Assembly (NCBI GenBank): GCA_963716005.1
Contig: OY970285.1
Span: forward strand, 1,427,745 to 1,491,744
DNA from: an uncultured Thermoleophilia bacterium
GTDB taxonomy: Bacteria; Actinomycetota; Thermoleophilia; Gaiellales; Gaiellaceae
Direction: 5' to 3'
Length of the DNA: 64,000 bases
The position numbers were made by a program, and so were the translations under genes. Below the pieces are notes generated by a model that saw only the letters and a list, made by a program, of their open reading frames with translations, ran no database searches and was not told where the DNA came from. This document shows, in pieces, positions 25,483 through 35,276 of this stretch (its first letter is position 1; the number at the start of each line of letters is the position of its first letter).

Positions 25483-27591
25483 TTGTCGCGCACGCAGCAA
25501 GTTGCGACACTCCGGGACGTGTTCAGAACGGCCCGGCGACTCGCCGCGTTCCTTACGTTCGCAGCGGCCTCGGCACTCGTACTCGCAGTGTCGGGCTCGA
25601 GCACGCCGGCACCCTCGTCCGGCCCCACGCTGAAGAACACCCGCTCGGCCGAGTACGTCCCCGGCCAGGTGATCGTCGGCTACGCGGCCGGCGTAACGCG
25701 AACGGGTCGGCGCGCCGTGCTGAGGACGCAGGGGATGACCGCCGTCCAGTCGCTCGGCCGGCAGGCGCTGCTCGTCGACCTGCCCGCCGGTACCTCGGTG
25801 GACGAGGCCGTCGACGCGCTCGAGGACGAGCCCGGCGTCGCGTACGCCGAGCCGAACTTCGTCTACCACACGAGCGCGATCCCGAACGACACGAACTTCG
25901 GCCAGCTCTGGGGTCTCAACCAGGTAAGCGACAAGGACATCGACGCGCCCGAGGCCTGGGACACGACCACGGGCAGCTCGAAGATCGTCGTCGCCGTGAT
26001 CGACTCCGGCGTCACCTTCAACCACCCGGATCTCGCGCCGAACATGTGGGTCAACCCCAGCGATCCTCCCGGCGGCGGCGACCAGGATCACAACGGCAAG
26101 GTCGACGACGTCCGCGGCTGGGACTTCGTGCAGAACGACAACGCCCCGTTCGACCCGAGCGACCACGGCACGCACGTCGCGGGGACGATCGGCGCCCAGG
26201 GCAACAACTCCCTCGGGATCACCGGCGTCAACTGGGACGTCTCGATCATGGCCCTCCGAGCGGGCGACGCCCTCGGGAGCCTCTCGTCGAGCGCGATCGT
26301 CAGCGCGATCCAGTACGCGTGCGCCAAGAAGGCGCGCGTCGTGAACGGCAGCTTCGGCGGCTCCAACTTCAGCACCGCCACCCAGGCCGCGATCAACTCG
26401 CCGGCCTGCGCGAACACGCTCTTCGTCTTCGCTGCGGGGAACGGCGGCCAGGACGGCGTCGGCGACGACAACGACACGGCGCCGACGTACCCGTGCAACT
26501 ACCCGACGGCGCGGATCATCTGCGTGGCCGCGACCGACCAGAACGACACGATCGCCGGCTTCTCCAACTTCGGCGACACGAACGTCGACCTCGCCGCGCC
26601 GGGCGTCGGTATCTACAGCGCGATGCCGAGCTTCTCGAGCCTCAGGTTCGACGACTTCGAGAACGTGCCCACACTGTTCTCAACCCGCTGGGTCGGAACC
26701 GGTCTTTGGGGCCAGGAGAACTTCAGCTTCCACACGCTTCCGAACTTCTCGGCGAGCGACACCCCGCTCGGCAACTACACCGCGAACAGCGACACGAGCC
26801 TCCGCTCGCTGAGCGGGACGAGCCTCGCGGGCCGGACCGGCTGCGTCCTCGACTACATCTTCAACCTGGACACGGAGCTCGACTTCGACTTCTTCCGGAT
26901 CGAGGCGGCGACGAGCGGCTCCGGACCGTGGTTCGACATGACCGGCGGCTGGTCCGGGGCGACCGGCCCCACCACCTGGTTCCCGGACACGGCCGACTTC
27001 GACGTGTTCGAGGGCTTCAACACGTTCCTGCGGCTGCGCCTGACGACGGACTCGGCCGTCCACCAGAACGGCGTCCGCGTCGAGGATCTCAACCTGCGCT
27101 GCCTCACCGCCCCGCCGCCCGCCGGCGAGTACCAGAACCTGAACGGCACGTCGATGGCGAGCCCGCACGTCGCGGGCGCAGCCGCGCTGCTCCTGGCGCG
27201 CAACCCGGCGATGCCGCCCTCCAAGGTCCGGTCGCTCCTCCTGAGCACGGTCGACCCGGTCGCCGGCCTCGCCGGGAAGGTCGTCACCGCCGGACGCCTG
27301 AACGTGGCCACCGCGATGCCGCTCATCGACCTGACGAAGCCGAACACGGCCTTGAAGAGCGCGCCGAAGTCGAAGACGAAGAGCAAGACGGCGACGTTCA
27401 AGTTCACGTCCTCCGAGGCCGGCTCGACCTTCAAGTGCAAGCTCGACAAGGGCGCCTGGACGGCCTGCAAATCGCCGAAGGTCTACAAGAAGCTGAAGAA
27501 GGGCTCGCACACGTTCCAGGTCGCGGCAGTCGACTCGTTCGGGAACACCGACGCGACTCCGTCGAAGAAGACCTGGAAAGTCACCGCGTAG
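25483..27591 (+). CDS. subtilase P2: signal peptide, I9-like propeptide, S8 domain with inserted domain, single Lys-rich terminal module
   Basis: Intact 702-aa ORF. VAVIDSGV, HGTHVAGTIGA, FAAGNGG, GTSMASPHVAG. Tail FKCKLDKGAWTACKSPKVYKKLKKGSHTFQVAAVD. Confidence 0.9.
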   Translation: MSRTQQVATLRDVFRTARRLAAFLTFAAASALVLAVSGSSTPAPSSGPTLKNTRSAEYVPGQVIVGYAAGVTRTGRRAVLRTQGMTAVQSLGRQALLVDLPAGTSVDEAVDALEDEPGVAYAEPNFVYHTSAIPNDTNFGQLWGLNQVSDKDIDAPEAWDTTTGSSKIVVAVIDSGVTFNHPDLAPNMWVNPSDPPGGGDQDHNGKVDDVRGWDFVQNDNAPFDPSDHGTHVAGTIGAQGNNSLGITGVNWDVSIMALRAGDALGSLSSSAIVSAIQYACAKKARVVNGSFGGSNFSTATQAAINSPACANTLFVFAAGNGGQDGVGDDNDTAPTYPCNYPTARIICVAATDQNDTIAGFSNFGDTNVDLAAPGVGIYSAMPSFSSLRFDDFENVPTLFSTRWVGTGLWGQENFSFHTLPNFSASDTPLGNYTANSDTSLRSLSGTSLAGRTGCVLDYIFNLDTELDFDFFRIEAATSGSGPWFDMTGGWSGATGPTTWFPDTADFDVFEGFNTFLRLRLTTDSAVHQNGVRVEDLNLRCLTAPPPAGEYQNLNGTSMASPHVAGAAALLLARNPAMPPSKVRSLLLSTVDPVAGLAGKVVTAGRLNVATAMPLIDLTKPNTALKSAPKSKTKSKTATFKFTSSEAGSTFKCKLDKGAWTACKSPKVYKKLKKGSHTFQVAAVDSFGNTDATPSKKTWKVTA

Positions 27592-27598
27592 GCGGCCC

Positions 27599-29920
27599 AT
27601 GGCACGCGGCCTCGTGCTCTTCGGCCTGACGGCGGTTTCGGCCCTCGTCCTCTCGGTGGCGAGCTCGGGCGCGCCGGTGCCGACGCTCAGCCGCGCCGCG
27701 GGCGACGCGTACGTCCCGGGCCAGGTGATCGTCCGCTACGCCGCCGGAACGACGCGCGCCGAGCGCCATGCGGCGACGCGGACGGCCGGCGCGGCGAGCG
27801 TCGAGTCGCTGGGAACCGCCCGGACCGAGCTCCTCGAGCTCGACGCCGGGGTGTCCGTCGCCGAGGCGATCGCCGAGCTCGAGCTGAGCCCGGACGTCGC
27901 CTACGCCGAGCCGAACTACCTCTACGAGATCTCGGCGGTCCCGAACGACACGAACTTCGGGCAGCTCTGGGGACTCAGCCAGGCGAGCGACAAGGACATC
28001 GACGCGCCCGAGGCCTGGGACCTCACCACCGGCAGCTCGAGCATCATCGTCGCCGTGATCGACTCCGGAGTGGCCTACGACCACCCGGATCTCGCGCCGA
28101 ACATCTGGACGAACGATGACGACACGGGCGACAACGTCGACGACGACGCCAACGGCCAGATCGACGACACGCACGGCTGGGACTTCTTCCAGGGCGACAA
28201 CGTCCCGCTCGACGCGAACCACCACGGCACGCACGTCGCCGGGACGATCGGCGCGCGCGGCAACAACTCGGTCGGCGTCACCGGCGTCAACTGGCAGGTG
28301 TCGATCATGCCGCTGCGCGCGGGCGACGCCGGCGGAAGCCTGCCGAACAGCGCGATCATCAGCTCGATCTACTACGCCTGCGCGAACGGAGCCCGCGTCG
28401 TGAACGGCAGCTTCGGCGGCAGCGGCTCCTCCACCGCGACGCTCACCGCGATCAACTCGCCGGAGTGCGCGAACACGCTGTTCGTCTTCGCAGCGGGGAA
28501 CGGCGGCTCGGACGGGATCGGCGACAACAACGACTCGTTCCCGCAGTACCCGTGCAACTACGACACGCCGAGGATCGTCTGCGTCGCGGCCACGGATCAA
28601 AACGACGCGATGGCCACCTTCTCGAACATCGGCCCGAACAGCGTCGACCTGGCAGCGCCCGGCGTCGGGATCTTCAGCTCGACGCCGACGTACAACAACC
28701 TCCTCCTGGACGGGTTCGAGGACCCGGGGTTCGGCACGCGCTGGGGCGGCCAGACCGCACCGGTCGGCCATCCGCTCTGGAGCCAGGAGAACTTCGTCTA
28801 CGCGGGCGGAGGGATGTTCAGCCTGAGCGACTCGCCGGCCGGCAACTACCTCCCGGGCACCGACACGCAGATCACCTCGCTCGTGTCTGCGAACCTGACC
28901 GGCCGCCACGTCTGCTCCCTCGACTACTTCCTGCACCTCTCGACTTTCCCGGGCGATGTCTTCCGGATCTGGGCCGCCAAATCGCCCATCGGCACATTCG
29001 AGGAGGTCACGCCCCCGGCTGGCTACTCGGGGTCGACCGGCACTAAGTTCTTCGGGCTCACCGAGGAGATGGCGCAATACGACGGGGAGCCGACGGTGGT
29101 CCTGCGGTTCCGGCTGACGAGCAATGTCGACGCGAACGTCTCTGACGGCGCGCACGTCGACGACGTCGCGATCAAGTGCGTCGGGACACCTCCGCCGGCG
29201 GGCGAGTACGAGAACCTGAACGGGACGTCGATGGCCACCCCGCACGTCGCAGGAGCCGCGGCGCTCGTCCTGGCCCGTAACCCCGGGCTCACGCCGGCCC
29301 AGGTGCGGACCATCCTCCTGGCCACGGTCGACCCGGTCGCGAGCCTCAACGGGTCGACCGTCACCGGCGGCCGGCTGAACGTTCGCGCGGCGGTCGCGTC
29401 CGTCGACGTCACGGCCCCGCCGGTTCCGTCGATCGACTCGGGCCCGACCGGAACGGTCAGGTCGACCGGCGCCACCTTCGCGTTCTCGGACACCGAGGCC
29501 GGTGTCGCGTTCGAGTGCAGCGTCGACGCCGCCGAGTTCGCCGCCTGCTCGTCGCCCCTCGTCCTGACGGGACTCGCGCAGGGCGCCCACATGATCCAGG
29601 TGCGGGCCTCGGATGCCTTCGCCAACACCTCGGCCGCGGCCTCGCGCTCCTGGGCGGTCGACACGGTCGCGCCGCAGACGAAGATCACCTCCGGTCCGCG
29701 GAAGTCGACGAAGTCGAAGAAGGCGACGCTCAAGTTCTCCTCCACCGAGCCCGGCTCGACCTTCAAGTGCAAGCTCGACAAGCGCGCCTGGACGACCTGC
29801 AAGTCGCCCAGGGCCTACAAAAACCTGAAGAAAGGCTCGCACACGTTCCAGGTCAGGGCCACGGACAAAACCGGGAACGTCGACGGCACACCGGCCAAGA
29901 AGACCTGGAAGATCAGCTAG
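27599..29920 (+). CDS. subtilase P3: same architecture with 2 C-terminal modules (the last is Lys-rich)
   Basis: Intact 773-aa ORF. VAVIDSGV, HGTHVAGTIGA, FAAGNGG, GTSMATPHVAG. Starts 7 nt after the P2 stop. Confidence 0.9.
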   Translation: MARGLVLFGLTAVSALVLSVASSGAPVPTLSRAAGDAYVPGQVIVRYAAGTTRAERHAATRTAGAASVESLGTARTELLELDAGVSVAEAIAELELSPDVAYAEPNYLYEISAVPNDTNFGQLWGLSQASDKDIDAPEAWDLTTGSSSIIVAVIDSGVAYDHPDLAPNIWTNDDDTGDNVDDDANGQIDDTHGWDFFQGDNVPLDANHHGTHVAGTIGARGNNSVGVTGVNWQVSIMPLRAGDAGGSLPNSAIISSIYYACANGARVVNGSFGGSGSSTATLTAINSPECANTLFVFAAGNGGSDGIGDNNDSFPQYPCNYDTPRIVCVAATDQNDAMATFSNIGPNSVDLAAPGVGIFSSTPTYNNLLLDGFEDPGFGTRWGGQTAPVGHPLWSQENFVYAGGGMFSLSDSPAGNYLPGTDTQITSLVSANLTGRHVCSLDYFLHLSTFPGDVFRIWAAKSPIGTFEEVTPPAGYSGSTGTKFFGLTEEMAQYDGEPTVVLRFRLTSNVDANVSDGAHVDDVAIKCVGTPPPAGEYENLNGTSMATPHVAGAAALVLARNPGLTPAQVRTILLATVDPVASLNGSTVTGGRLNVRAAVASVDVTAPPVPSIDSGPTGTVRSTGATFAFSDTEAGVAFECSVDAAEFAACSSPLVLTGLAQGAHMIQVRASDAFANTSAAASRSWAVDTVAPQTKITSGPRKSTKSKKATLKFSSTEPGSTFKCKLDKRAWTTCKSPRAYKNLKKGSHTFQVRATDKTGNVDGTPAKKTWKIS

Positions 29921-29956
29921 GTAGTACCGAGTGGCGCAAGCTGGGACACTTTTGGC

Positions 29957-32900
29957 ATGTCCAGAGGCGCCTGGCGGCTTGCTGGCCTGATCACGCTGAC
30001 TGCGGCGGCGGCAGTCGTTCCCGCTTCCGCAGGTAGCAACGGAACGCTCGTCCAGGGAGCGACTCTCCGCGGCGCCGAGATCGTCCCGAACCAGGTGATC
30101 GTCCGCTTCGAGCCCGGGACGACGATGGCCGCGCGCCGGGACGCCGTACGCGACCTGGGCGCGACCGCGCGACCGCTAGGGCTGTCGCGCACCGAGCTCG
30201 TCGAGCTGCCGGACGGAACCTCCGTCGAGGCGGCGATCGCGGCCTTCGAGGGCGACCCCGGCGTCGCCTACGCCGAGCCGAACTATGTTCGCCGCACATC
30301 GGCGATCCCGAACGACACGAACTTCGGCCAGCTCTGGGGTCTGAACCAGGCGAACGACAAGGACATCGACGCGCCCGAGGCCTGGGATCTCACCACCGGC
30401 AGCCCGGACATCGTGGTCGGCGTGATCGACACGGGAATCGCGTACGACCATCCCGACCTCGCGGACAACATCTGGACGAACGACGATCCGCCGGGAGGCG
30501 GCGACTCCGACGGCAACGGGTTCGTCGACGACACGCACGGCTGGGACTTCGTCTCGAACGACAACGTGCCGCTCGACGCCAACGAGCACGGCTCGCACGT
30601 CGCCGGGACGATCGGGGCGCGCGGCAACAACGCGCTCGGCATCACTGGCGTGACCTGGAGGGTCTCGATCATGCCGCTGCGCGCGGGCAACGCCGCCGGC
30701 GGTCTCCCCGACAGCGCCATCCTCGGCGCGATCCAGTACGCGTGCACGAACGGCGCCCGGGTCGTCAACGGAAGCTTCGGCGGGATCGGGTTCTCCCAGC
30801 CGGTCTTCGACACGATCACGTCCGCGGCGTGCGCGAACACGCTGTTCGTGTTCTCGGCGGGGAACGGCGGCATCGACGGCGTCGGCGACGACAACGACGC
30901 GCTGCCCCAGTACCCGTGCAACTACGCCACGACGAGGATCGTCTGCGTCGCCGCGACCGACCAGAACGACGCCAAGGCCGGCTTCTCGAACTACGGAGCG
31001 ATGAGCGTCGACCTGGCCGCACCCGGAGTCGGGACATACAGCACGATCCCCACGTTCACGACCGTCGCAGCGGACGGCTTCGAAGACACGCCGACGCTCT
31101 TCAGCACGCGCTGGGGCGTCCAGGTTGCGCCGACCGGCCACCCGATCTGGGGACAGCAGACGCCCGGCGCCTTCGGGACGTTCGCGCTCAGCGATTCGCC
31201 GGCGGGGGACTACTCGGCGAACACCGACTCGCAGATCCGCTCGATCTCCGGGACGAACCTGACAGGCCGGGCCGGGTGCTCGCTCGGCTACTACATGCAT
31301 CTCGAGACGCAGCCCGGCGACGTCTTCAGCATCTATGCGTCGACCGCGTTCGGGGGCCCGTACACGGCTCAGGCGGGCTGGACAGGGATCACCGAGCCGG
31401 GCTTCTGGCAGTTCTTCACGGAGCTCGGGACCTTCGACGGAAGGCCGAATGTCTTCCTGCTGTTTCGTCTCACGAGCAACGGCTCCAGCCAGGACGACGG
31501 AGCGCAGCTCGACAACATCACGTTCAAGTGCCTCGCGTCGTCTCCCCCCGCGGGCGACTACCGCAACCTCAACGGGACGTCGATGGCGGCGCCCCACGTC
31601 GCGGGCGCCGCGGCGCTTGTCCTCGCCCGCAACCCGGCGCTCACCCCGGCCCAGGTACGGACGATCCTCCTGGCCACGGTCGATCCGGTCGTCGGCCTGA
31701 ACGTCGCGAGCGCGGGCCGGCTGAATGTCGGGAGCGCCGTGGCCTCAGTGGACGTGACGCCTCCGAGCACGACGATCGACACGGGCCCGTCCGGTCCGAT
31801 CGCCGACCCGACGCCGACCTTCACGTTCTCGAGCAGCGAGGCCGGAACCTTCCAGTGCCGCGTGGATGCCGCAGCGTTCGCCGCCTGCAGCTCGCCGCAC
31901 ACGACTGCCGCCCTAACCGACGGTTCCCACACCTTCGAGGTGCGCGCGACCGACGCTTTCGGCAACACGGATCCGACCCCGGCGAGCCGCTCGTTCACGG
32001 TCGACACCGCCGCGCCGCAGACAGCGATCGACTCGGGACCGCCCGCGTTCACGAACGACACGACGCCGACCTTCACGTTCACCGCCAACGAGACGTCGAC
32101 GTTCCAGTGCCGTGTGGACGCGGAGGCCTTCGCGTCGTGCAGCTCGCCGTTCACCACCGCGACGCTCGGCCAGGGCGCCCACACGTTCGAGGTGCGCGCA
32201 TCCGACGAGGACGGCAATACGGATCCGACCCCGGCGAGTCATTCGTTCACGGTCGACACGACGGCCCCGGACACGACGATCGGCGCCGGCCCCTCCGGGC
32301 CGACGAACGATTCCACGCCCACCTTTGCGTTCTCCGGCAGCGAAACGTCGACGTTCCAGTGCCGCATCGATGCCGCAGCCTTCGCCGCCTGCACGTCACC
32401 GCTCACCTCGGCCGCCCTGAGCGACGGCGCCCACACCGTCGACGTGCGCGCGACCGACCAGGCCGGGAACACGGACGCGACCCCTGCCACACGCTCGTTC
32501 ACCGTGGACACGCAGGCGCCTCAGACGGTGCTCGACTCAGGTCCGGCGACCCCAGGCAACGACGCGACGCCGGCATTCACGTTCTCGAGCAGCGAAGCCG
32601 GGACATTCCAGTGCCGCTTCGACGCCGGCGTCTTCACGGCTTGCAGCTCGCCGCTCACAAGCGCTGCCCTGGCCGACGGCGCCCACACGTTCGACGTTCG
32701 GGCGGTCGACCAGGCCGGCAACGCGGATGCGAGCCCGGCAAGCCACGCCTTCGTCGTGGACACGGCTCCGCCGCCGCTCCCGGCGATCGACTCCGGCCCC
32801 GCGGGAACGGTCGCCGCCACCGGCGCAACCATCGCGTTCTCGAGCACGGAGTCGGGCGTTGCCTTCTCGTGCAGCCTCGACGGAGGAGCGTTCGCCGCCT

Positions 32901-33274
32901 GCACGTCGCCGGCGGTCTTCGCCGGGCTGGGCCAGGGCGCGCACACGTTCCAGGTGCAGGCGACCGACCTCGCCGGCAACACGTCGGGCGCGACCGCACG
33001 CGCGTGGATGGTCGATACGAAGGCGCCCAACGCGACGATCGGCAAAGGCCCTGCGAAGTCGACAAGCGCCCGAACGGCGACGTTCAGGTTCTCCTCGACC
33101 GAGCTCGGATCGACCTTCAAGTGCAAGCTCGACAAGGGCGCGTGGCGAAGCTGCAAGTCGCCGAAGACCTACAAGCGGCTCAAGAAGGGCTCGCACACGT
33201 TCCAGGTCGCCGCGACCGACAAGGCCGGCAACGCCGACCAAACGCCGGCCAAGAGGACCTGGAGGATCCGCTAG
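29957..33274 (+). CDS. subtilase P4: same architecture with 6 C-terminal modules (4 of an FQCR subtype, 1 P1-like, 1 Lys-rich)
   Basis: Intact 1105-aa ORF. VGVIDTGI, HGSHVAGTIGA, FSAGNGG, GTSMAAPHVAG. Confidence 0.9.
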   Translation: MSRGAWRLAGLITLTAAAAVVPASAGSNGTLVQGATLRGAEIVPNQVIVRFEPGTTMAARRDAVRDLGATARPLGLSRTELVELPDGTSVEAAIAAFEGDPGVAYAEPNYVRRTSAIPNDTNFGQLWGLNQANDKDIDAPEAWDLTTGSPDIVVGVIDTGIAYDHPDLADNIWTNDDPPGGGDSDGNGFVDDTHGWDFVSNDNVPLDANEHGSHVAGTIGARGNNALGITGVTWRVSIMPLRAGNAAGGLPDSAILGAIQYACTNGARVVNGSFGGIGFSQPVFDTITSAACANTLFVFSAGNGGIDGVGDDNDALPQYPCNYATTRIVCVAATDQNDAKAGFSNYGAMSVDLAAPGVGTYSTIPTFTTVAADGFEDTPTLFSTRWGVQVAPTGHPIWGQQTPGAFGTFALSDSPAGDYSANTDSQIRSISGTNLTGRAGCSLGYYMHLETQPGDVFSIYASTAFGGPYTAQAGWTGITEPGFWQFFTELGTFDGRPNVFLLFRLTSNGSSQDDGAQLDNITFKCLASSPPAGDYRNLNGTSMAAPHVAGAAALVLARNPALTPAQVRTILLATVDPVVGLNVASAGRLNVGSAVASVDVTPPSTTIDTGPSGPIADPTPTFTFSSSEAGTFQCRVDAAAFAACSSPHTTAALTDGSHTFEVRATDAFGNTDPTPASRSFTVDTAAPQTAIDSGPPAFTNDTTPTFTFTANETSTFQCRVDAEAFASCSSPFTTATLGQGAHTFEVRASDEDGNTDPTPASHSFTVDTTAPDTTIGAGPSGPTNDSTPTFAFSGSETSTFQCRIDAAAFAACTSPLTSAALSDGAHTVDVRATDQAGNTDATPATRSFTVDTQAPQTVLDSGPATPGNDATPAFTFSSSEAGTFQCRFDAGVFTACSSPLTSAALADGAHTFDVRAVDQAGNADASPASHAFVVDTAPPPLPAIDSGPAGTVAATGATIAFSSTESGVAFSCSLDGGAFAACTSPAVFAGLGQGAHTFQVQATDLAGNTSGATARAWMVDTKAPNATIGKGPAKSTSARTATFRFSSTELGSTFKCKLDKGAWRSCKSPKTYKRLKKGSHTFQVAATDKAGNADQTPAKRTWRIR
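31748..33271 (+). repeat. 6 tandem Ig-like coding modules in P4
   Basis: Four copies of about 77 aa (TPTFTFS..E..TFQCR.DA.AFA.CSSP.T.A.L.DG.HTF.VRA.D..GNTD.TPA..SFTVDT.AP), followed by two copies of the P1-type module. Confidence 0.85.
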
Positions 33275-34918
33275 CCGAAGGTGAACGCGTAGGCCTCGAC
33301 GCCGGGCGAGAAGCGCAGCTCGAGCAGGTGCTCGCCGCCCTCGGGGAGATCGGTTAGGCGGTAGAGGTCGTCCTTGTCCACGGTCACCGTCTTCACGGGC
33401 TTGCCGTCGAGGAGCACCTGCACCGTCCCGGGCTTGCCGTCCGTGCCGAGCACGAGGTTCGCGTTCTCCGCCCAGTAGCGCAGCTGGAGCCGCGCGTTGT
33501 CGCCCGCGACGATCCGCTCGCCCTCCACGGTCCAGAAGCCCGAGTAGGAGACGCCGTTCGGCGGAACCGTCTCGGCGAACTGGTACTCGGTCAGGCGATT
33601 CGCCGCGATCGGGCTGCCGTAGTAGCCCTGGAGCCGCTCGGCGCCGAGGTACGTCTCGGGCGTCTGCACGTTGCCGGGCGTCTCCGCGTCGACGTCGTTC
33701 GAGACGAGTGCCGGCAGGTCGGGCTCGGCCAGGAGCTCCCGGATCGCCTCTTCGGTCTCCTCGTACTCGCCCTCGCCGAAGTGCGCGAAGCGGATGCGGC
33801 CCGAGCGGTCGATCAGGTACTTCGCCGGCCAGTAGCGGTTCGACCACGCCTCCCAGGTGCCGAAGTCGGGATCGAGCGCGACCGGGTACTCGGAGCCCGA
33901 GGCGCCGCACCGCGCCCTCCACGTTCGACCGCTCGCGCTCGAAGGCGAACTCGGGCGTGTGGACGCCGACGATCACGAGCCCCTTGTCGCGGTAGGTCTC
34001 GTCCCACTTCTTGATGTACGGGAGCGTGCGCAGGCAGTTGATGCACGAGTACGTCCAGAAGTCGATGAGGACGACCTTGCCGCGCAGCCCTTCGACCGTC
34101 AGCGGGTCGGAGTTGATCCAGCCTTCGACTCCGGCGAACTCGGGTGCCGGTCCTCCGTCGCCGAGCTCGCCGCCCTCCGCAGCTACCTCCTCGCGGCCGG
34201 GGACGATGCCGTCGAGGCGCGACTTCACGTCGTCCGAGGTCTCGAGCCGCTGGAGCGCGCGCGTGTACTCCGGCAGGTTCGTCTGCAGGCGCGTGTCGAC
34301 GTTGAAGGCCATGAGGATCGCCACGACGAGGACGGCCCCGCCGAGCGCCCGGCGGATCATCGGGGCGGCGCTCTTGAACCGCGGCAGCGCCAGCCCGCGC
34401 CGGCCGGCGATCGCGATCCCGAGCAGGACGAGCCCCGCGCCGAGCGCGTACGCCAGAGCGTGACCAGCACCGCGTCGAGCGAGAGATCCTGCGTCGCCGC
34501 CACGGTCGCGACGGCGCCGATCACCGGTCCCGCGCACGGCGTGAAGACGAGCCCGAGCGTAGACCCCGAGCAGGAACCCGCCTCCGGCCCGGCGCGAGTC
34601 GAGCCGGGAGAAGCGCGCGAACGGCCGCTCGAACGCCTGGCCGAGCCGCGGCCAGAGCAGCGAGAGCCCGACGAGCGCAACGACGACGATCGCGATGTTC
34701 CGCAGCAGGTCGTCCGGCAGGTGGAGCGCCGAGAGCACCGCGGTCGCGGTCAGCGTGAAGACCGTGAAGCTGACGACGAGCCCGGCGACGATGGCGTACG
34801 GCTGCCGTTCGTTCCCCGTCGTCCCTCCGGCGAGGATGACCGGGAGCACCGGCAGCACGCACGGCGAGAGCGCCGTGACGATCCCGGCGACGAACGCAAC
34901 TAGGAGAAGTACGACCAT
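33271..34918 (-). pseudogene. dipZ: DipZ-like protein (CcdA/DsbD-type membrane domain + thioredoxin-like domain + C-terminal beta-sandwich domain); 3 frame breaks
   Basis: TALSPCVLPVLPVIL and LVFTPCAGPVIG (the two CcdA Cys motifs, the second in another frame). FWTYSCINCLRTLPYI (CxxC). YPVALDPDFGTWEAWSNRYWPAKYLID in a third frame. Breaks at about 34562, 34455 and 33890. Confidence 0.78.
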
Positions 34919-35173
34919 CTAGTACTTCAAGAGTGCCTTGGCGCCGATCTGGCCGAGGCAGGGAGCGCAGTCGCCGAACTCGTCCGCTCGTACCTCGTTC
35001 ACGGCCTGGAAAGCCGATGAGGGCGGCGGTTGTCGTGCGACTGGTGGCGCGTGGAACATGTAGAGCCCCCGATCCTCGAACTCGATCTCGACGATTGCCC
35101 GCTCACCCTGCCCGAGCGTGACGGTGTCCGTGTATTCGAACTGGTCGCGGGTTCCGGTTCGGAAGAGCTTGAA

Positions 35174-35246
35174 AGCGGGCGACCGGGCTCGAACCGGCGA
35201 CATTCAGCTTGGAAGGCTGACGCTCTACCAACTGAGCTACACCCGC
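35174..35246 (-). tRNA. tRNA-Gly (TCC)
   Basis: Reverse complement GCGGGTGTAGCTCAGTTGGTAGAGCGTCAGCCTTCCAAGCTGAATGTCGCCGGTTCGAGCCCGGTCGCCCGCT. Anticodon loop CTTCCAA. Confidence 0.92.
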
Positions 35247-35276
35247 GTACTTCGATCGTAGCGTTACCGTGCGGCG

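Noticed and set aside
33271-33274. Convergent genes sharing overlapping stop codons (CTAG at 33271-33274; also 1778-1781, 5230-5233, and abutting stops at 48886-48891)
   Set aside because: This is real in the sequence, but it is a common consequence of compact GC-rich genomes. It implies nothing beyond the absence of intergenic terminators at these junctions.
34919-35203. 94-aa ORF listed on the - strand upstream of dipZ
   Set aside because: Its first 30 nt overlap tRNA-Gly, so the listed start cannot be real. Only a shorter version could be genuine, for example one starting at the internal Met (47 aa). There is no RBS and no recognisable family, so I did not list it as a feature.
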